Made by a program: the position numbers and the translations under genes
Notes under the pieces: model-generated
Databases searched by the model: none
Told to the model about the DNA's origin: nothing
What the model saw: the letters and a program-made list of their open reading frames with translations, nothing else
Assembly: GCA_964016885.1 (NCBI GenBank)
Contig: OZ024748.1
Span: forward strand, 44,082,001-44,146,000
Source of the DNA: Eledone cirrhosa
Lineage: Eukaryota
DNA length: 64,000 nt
Direction of reading: 5' to 3'
Shown here: positions 57,942 to 64,000 of the stretch, in pieces
Layout of the letters: the number at the start of each line of letters is the position of its first letter
How positions within the stretch are numbered: the first letter of the stretch is position 1

Positions 57942-58564
57942 GTATGAATGTGGAGCATGCGTGAGGAGTCGTCTAGTGCTGTCATGGCAAACAGCTGGGA
58001 AGAGGCGACTGACTCTGCTGGCTACTACAACCTATTGCAGGTTGTTGCTCACATAGTACTACTACTACTACTACTATTACTACTACATCAACAGCTGGAG
58101 ATCTGATGAAGCTGGTGATGACCATTTATTCCTGGATTTACATAGACTGAGTTCAATTTAAACCACTGAGAAAGTAAAACAGTTGGCGGAAAGTCCTTCG
58201 TTGAATACAACATATATATATATTTTTTTTTCCTCTCCAAATCCTTATCGGAAAATAGAGGCAGACATTTTTACTGGTGTGTGGCTGGGTGGGGGTCTAA
58301 ATTTATCCGGAAGAAGAGAAAAGGAGGGAAAAAAAGATTTCAGACTTAAGGAGGGCTTAAAAGAAATTTTCATTGATAACAACAACAAAGCAAATTTTAA
58401 AAGAAAACACCATAGTAAGCTATTAAAAAAAAACAATAAAACATTGCCTAAGATACCCCCTCCCGTTCCTTCCAAGGGGCAGAACACCCCTCACCTTCAA
58501 CATATATAAACCTATTTAAGAAAATTGCCTTTCCATCATCTCTCCTCTCTCTCTCTCTAGTTGA

Positions 58565-58597
58565 ATATACATGTGTGTGTACATCTATATATAGATA

Positions 58598-58644
<47 letters not shown>

Positions 58645-58685
58645 ATATAGATATGTATATATATATATGTGTATAGATATGTATG

Positions 58686-58724
<39 letters not shown>

Positions 58725-58813
58725 ATATATATATATGTGTATGTGTATATATATGTATGTGTGTATATATATATGTGTGTATATATATGTGTATATGTAT
58801 GTGTATATATGTA

Positions 58814-58844
<31 letters not shown>

Positions 58845-59133
58845 GTGTGTATATGTATGTATATATATGTGTGTATATGTATGTATATATATATGTGTAT
58901 ATGTATGTATATATATATATGTGTGTATATGTATATATATATGTGTGTATATGTATATATGTGTGTGTATATGTATGTGTATATATATGTATGTATGTGT
59001 ATATATATGTGTATATGTATGTATATATATATATGTGTGTATATGTATATATATATGTGTATATGTATATGTGTGTGTGTATATGTATGTATGTGTATAT
59101 ATATGTATGTATGTGTATATGTGTATATGTATG

Positions 59134-59174
<41 letters not shown>

Positions 59175-59225
59175 GTATATATATATATGTATGTATGTAT
59201 GTATATATATATATATATGTATGTA

Positions 59226-59266
<41 letters not shown>

Positions 59267-59385
59267 GTATGTATGTGTATATATATATGTATATATATAT
59301 GTATGTATGTGTATATATATATGTATATATATTTATATATGTATGTATGTGTATATATATATGTATATATATTTATATATGTATG

Positions 59386-59426
<41 letters not shown>

Positions 59427-59445
59427 ATGTATATATGTATATATA
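58565..59445. repeat. Compound (TA)/(TG) microsatellite, ~880 bp
   Basis: Almost continuous purine/pyrimidine alternation; source of the YI-rich pseudo-ORFs. Confidence 0.98.
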
Positions 59446-59911
59446 ACTGAAGGAGAAATAATAGTTAACAGTGATAGACAAGTGAAACTGTTTCGTTATG
59501 GCCGATGCCTAGTTCAAAGCATTATATACAAAACCAACTTACAAGCTTCCTCTACTCCATCCCACCATCTCCTCTCTACCTCTCTAGCCCCCTCTACTAT
59601 TGCTTTTCTAAGAAGAATTCACCCTCCTCTCTATCGGTTAAAGCTAAACCTTAAAAAAAATGGGGGGGGGGGGAATAAAAAGGAACCAATCTTTAAGCTC
59701 ATTATAACAATGGATGGTCTTATTCAACTCACTCTCTCATTGATTGACAGGTGGTCTCATCTTAAGTTACTACTATTACTACTACAACTGCTGCTGCTAC
59801 TGCTATCTAATGACATTTTTGATTTTGTGACTGTTGCGCCACTTTTGACAGAATGCTTTGTTCCCCCTCCCCCCATTCCTTTCTTTCTGCTCTCTTCTCT
59901 CTCCAGCCATA

Positions 59912-59944
<33 letters not shown>

Positions 59945-60265
59945 ACCTTTGTTCTTGCTCTATCTCTCTTCCACCCACCCCATAACTATTCCATGAATCC
60001 ATTCAAAGTTCAAAGTTTTCACATACACATACTTACTCTTAGCTTTTATTGAATAAGTTAGTGAAAGTTATTTTGCAAATTGTAAAAGGAATTCTCTTCA
60101 AAGCCATGCATATCATATACAGTTTCTTCTTCCTATTGCCTTGTAATGAATTACTGAGTTTAAAAAAGATTGGCCGGGGGGAATTTAATACATGACAAAA
60201 CAAATCACAATGTTTTTGTTTGTTTTTCCAACTTAAAGCAGTTAATGTGTTTGTATGTATATATG

Positions 60266-60310
<45 letters not shown>

Positions 60311-60860
60311 GTGTGTGTGTGTGTATGAATGTGTGTGATGGTTTCTATGCTTATGTCAAATATAGGAAGATGATAGGTGTATAATAGATAAGGTTTTAAG
60401 TGCCAGAAATTGTTCCATTTTACCACCACCTCATTCTCTACAACCTGTCCCTTCCTCCTCTTTAACATAGAATCTTCCCATAATTAAAAAAACTATTTCC
60501 ACAGACCTAGAAGTGATGATGATGATGATAATAATAATAAATGCTATTATAAGTGTTTCAGTAAGGTCAGTGTCACTTTGTATAAGTACACATATGTGTG
60601 TGTATATATATATATACACACATATACACACATTTATGTGTGTAAAATCTAACCACTATTTCTATCTTCCCTTTTTCTGAATGTGGTGGTGGTGGGAGGT
60701 TTTGTATTTTTTTTTTTTTTTTAAGATTCTGTTGAAAGAAATAATTTAATTTTCCTTTTTAAATACCTTTAAAATAAAATTTGAAACAATCTTATTTAAA
60801 GTTAAGTCGCTATATGAAATTCAGATATCTTGCAATGTGTGTGTTTATATGTATATATGC

Positions 60861-60895
<35 letters not shown>

Positions 60896-61076
60896 CAAAA
60901 TTAATATAGAAATGGTTTCTACAAGACCTAGACTGTTTCATTTGAATGAAACAGTTCTGGTCCTGTAGAAGCTATTTTTGTATTGAATTTGTTGGTTGTA
61001 TACACTCTACTAATGTATTGAGTATGTTACTGTGGCTACCCATGACTGAACCTGGGATACACACACACACACATAT

Positions 61077-61252
61077 AAGCTTCAACATATTTTTAACTAC
61101 AATGTAGTCTTAATAAGGGGACGTATAAACCCACTGAACAGAACAATATGAATATAAGTTCATATTAGACTATATTATAGTAAAAAATATGATGACGCTT
61201 CTATTTTTATTTCAATTCTAAACTTCGCTTGCTACTTTCCAAACATACTTCC
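61077..61252 (-). mobile_element. Palindromic repeat family B, copy 1
   Basis: Reverse complement matches 63779-63990; own arms AAGCTTCAACATATTTTTAACTACAATGTAGTCT / AGACTATATTATAGTAAAAAATATGATGACGCTT. Confidence 0.7.
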
Positions 61253-61258
61253 TTTATA

Positions 61259-61289
<31 letters not shown>

Positions 61290-61938
61290 GCACATACATA
61301 CATTTTTTTTTTCTTTTCATGTGCCCTGTTAAGGTCAGGTTTCATATCTACATAGTATATTTTATCGGCAAGGGCTTTAAGTTCTAATCAGCACAGGTTT
61401 TAGTAGTAGCTAAAGAGAAGTACAGTTTTTTTAATGAAATGTTTTTTCTTTCCATTTTTCCCTTTGTGGACCCCCCCCCTTTTTTTTTTCTTTATACCTA
61501 CCTCTCCTTTATTTTACTTCAATTCGACAATGTCTATTTACTTCCAAAAACAAAAAAAAAAGTGTAAAAAAATACTGCAAGATGTTTGCTCTTCCTTGTT
61601 GCTTGTGTCCTACCTAATCCTTGTTCAAATAAGATGATTTGTGAGTTTGATAAACCAATAATCCGCTGAAAGAAGGGATCTGGAAAAACTACTCAGTGCT
61701 TTAAAAAAAGAAACAAAAAAATAATAAATAAATAAATGGTCTAATTGAAAAGAAATTGTACTCAGCTCCATTAATTGAATGGTTATTACAGCTACAATAT
61801 TACTAGTTTGCTGTCCTTTAACGAAGGGCAGTTTTTCTTACCCCTATTCAATTTGTAACTGATCCACTGCGCAGGTAACATCAAGAGAATAAATAAAACA
61901 ATTGTTGAGACCTGCATATGTTGTGTGTTGTTTGCCTA

Positions 61939-61970
<32 letters not shown>

Positions 61971-62055
61971 AGTGTGTGTATGATATATATATATGTGTAT
62001 ATATGTGTGGGTGTGTATGTGTACATATGTGTGGGTGTATATAAATGTGTGTATG

Positions 62056-62102
<47 letters not shown>

Positions 62103-62772
62103 GTATGTGTGTGTGTGTGTGTATATATATCTATATATATATATATATATAAAATCTTCCCTCCACCCTTGGTTACTTCCATATTTGTATTCATTTTTCC
62201 AACCCTCTCCCATTTTTTGTATTTGAAAATCTAACAGGCTACCTTGTATTTTTGCATTATTATTATTACCATCAACATCATTACCATCATCATCACCATC
62301 ATTTATCACTGCTGATCTACATAATGTGGTTGTCGCCAGTTTTGAAACTATCCAATGTAATGTTGAGTGCATTGAGTATTAAATTAATTAATTAATTTAA
62401 TCTGTACTTTTGGAATTTTTAAGTTTTGGTTAATTGGGTCCAACATGTTTAAGACATCCATTCTCAGTTACCTGTGTTTGTGTGAGAAAGTGGATGAGAC
62501 GAGGGCAAGAGAATGACATATCTTGCTGTTGTAAACATTATTTTTAATTTTTTTAAAAACTTTTTTATTTCTTCCCTCACTGAAATGTGTATTTGAGTAA
62601 ACTAGGTATTTGTACAGAGAACTGAAATAAACAGAAAAACTATGATTTAGGTTTTCGTATATCCCTAATTAGTTTAGTCATACATTCCTTTTTGATAGGG
62701 TTTTACATATCACATCCTACTAGCCTAAAGATACAAAATATTTTGCTCTTTATTAAAGCATTTAAATCTACA

Positions 62773-63170
62773 TTAACCCTTTAGTATTTACATTACTCTA
62801 TATTTACTATTGTATTTTCGTGGCAAAAGCTTTCTCACATGATATTGAATCAGTGAAATTTTGAGAACAATACCATAACATAAATATGAGCAATTGGTTA
62901 TGGCCGGTTTGGACAGAAAGATGAGAATTCTGGCCAGATACAATCAGTTTAAATGGTAAAGGGTTAATGCTTTAGCATCTACATTACTTCATATATACTA
63001 TTGTATTTTCGTGGTAAAAGCTTTATCTCACATAATATCGAATCTGAGATTTTGATATTATTTATTATGAGAATACCTTAACATCAGTATGAGTAGCTAG
63101 TTACAGCCAGTTTGAACAATGTTGAGAGAATTCTGGTTGGATACAACCAGTTTAAATGCTAAAGGGTTAA
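62773..63170 (-). mobile_element. Head-to-tail dimer of family A MITEs sharing a TTAA at 62964-62967
   Basis: Junction ...GGTAAAGGG-TTAA-TGCTTTAGCATCTACATTAC... Confidence 0.88.
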
Positions 63171-63184
63171 AGTTTATTAGTAGG

Positions 63185-63470
63185 TTTGGTGGTGGTGGTG
63201 GAGGCTTGGAAAGATGTTTTCATAGCTCTACTGTTCTTCTTCACCAACTTATTCCTGAGAGTCCTCAAATCCTCCTTCCAGCGGCTCCTGTCAGAAGCAA
63301 CTATTTCCAATTGATCTGGCTGGATTCCCAAGCATGACCAACCATCTTGCTCGGGGTTTACCCCTATCTTCTCTGCCAGTTGGTTTTGCCCGTAAAAATC
63401 TTTCCTGAGACATTCTAACAAGTCTGTAATATTGGAGCTGTGATCTCTTAATTCTGAGAAGTAGCGGCTC
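63185..63470 (-). mobile_element. LINE (RTE-like) C-terminal remnant
   Basis: AKPTGREDRGKPRARW followed by LGIQPDQLEIVASDRSRWK: GxRxxGRPxxRW and AxDRxxW motifs. Confidence 0.75.
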
Positions 63471-63778
63471 TACCTGGAAATGTTATTCAGAAAATCTAAT
63501 TTAAAATCAGAGGTGTGTGGTGGTGGAATATTTCATGAGGATACTTGAGTGATGGTAATAATAATAATAATAATAATAATTTCTTAGATAGAAAAGCAGC
63601 AATTTCAGAAATACGATAGAACAGTTAATTAAATTGAACCTAGAAGCCTGAAAGACAGTTGAAGTGGGTGGGATTTGAACTCACAATGTAAAGGACCATA
63701 GATGTTACATAGCAGTTTGTTTGTAATAATTTCTGTCAATACACCTCTGATGATAATAATAATAATAATAACAATAAT

Positions 63779-63990
63779 GGAAATATGTTTGGAACGTGAC
63801 AAGCGAGGTTTAAAATTGAAATAGAAATAGAAGCTTCACTGTAATATTGTGTACATAATATAGTCTAAAAATGGGGCGTGTAAACCCACAATGGAAAAAG
63901 CTCACAGGCCCATCTTTTTCTGTTCAGTGGGTTTATATGCCCCATTTTAAGACTATATTACTTAGACAATGTTACCATGAAGCTTCTATT
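63779..63990 (+). mobile_element. Palindromic repeat family B, copy 2 (~165-bp foldback at 63826-63990)
   Basis: AATAGAAGCTTCA..TAATATAGTCT.AAAATGGGGC..TAAACCCAC pairs with GTGGGTTTATATGCCCCATTTTAAGACTATATTA..TGAAGCTTCTATT. Confidence 0.75.
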
Positions 63991-64000
63991 GATGATGATG

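Larger units (their letters stand above)
57942..62650 (+). other. Putative long 3' UTR of CK2alpha; candidate distal polyA signal AATAAA at 62626-62631 (several earlier AATAAA also present)
   Basis: Follows the stop codon. The SINEs and main MITE that crowd the introns are not seen until 62773. The end point is inferred only. Confidence 0.45.

Noticed and set aside
58585-59985. Tyr/Ile/Val/Cys-rich ORFs
   Set aside because: Translations of the TA/TG microsatellite.

Overview
AT-rich, repeat-dense eukaryotic DNA. The SINE families look octopus-like, so a coleoid cephalopod is inferred. One protein-coding gene is supported: casein kinase II alpha (CSNK2A1-like) on the + strand. It has 11 coding exons from 26794 to the stop at 57941, all with GT-AG introns. 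The first coding exon (~34 codons) was not found and probably lies upstream, so 1-26793 is probably one large intron. A putative long 3' UTR follows the stop. The rest is tRNA-derived SINEs, decayed RTE-like LINE pieces, about 16 copies of a TTAA-flanked piggyBac-type MITE, other MITEs, a non-autonomous Helitron, microsatellites and at least 11 unrelated minisatellite arrays (~18-19 kb, ~29% of the window). The long ORFs in the supplied track are stop-free tandem repeats, not genes. The most notable pattern is that several arrays were born inside transposons, with the parent element intact on both sides: a LINE endonuclease motif (46-bp unit), a SINE core (57 and ~43 bp) and a MITE interior (72 bp). 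Other points: Thr at the CK2beta-binding Leu41 position, several foldback structures that may be ADAR substrates, and clustering of MITEs and arrays near exons. All calls are by eye; no searches were run.
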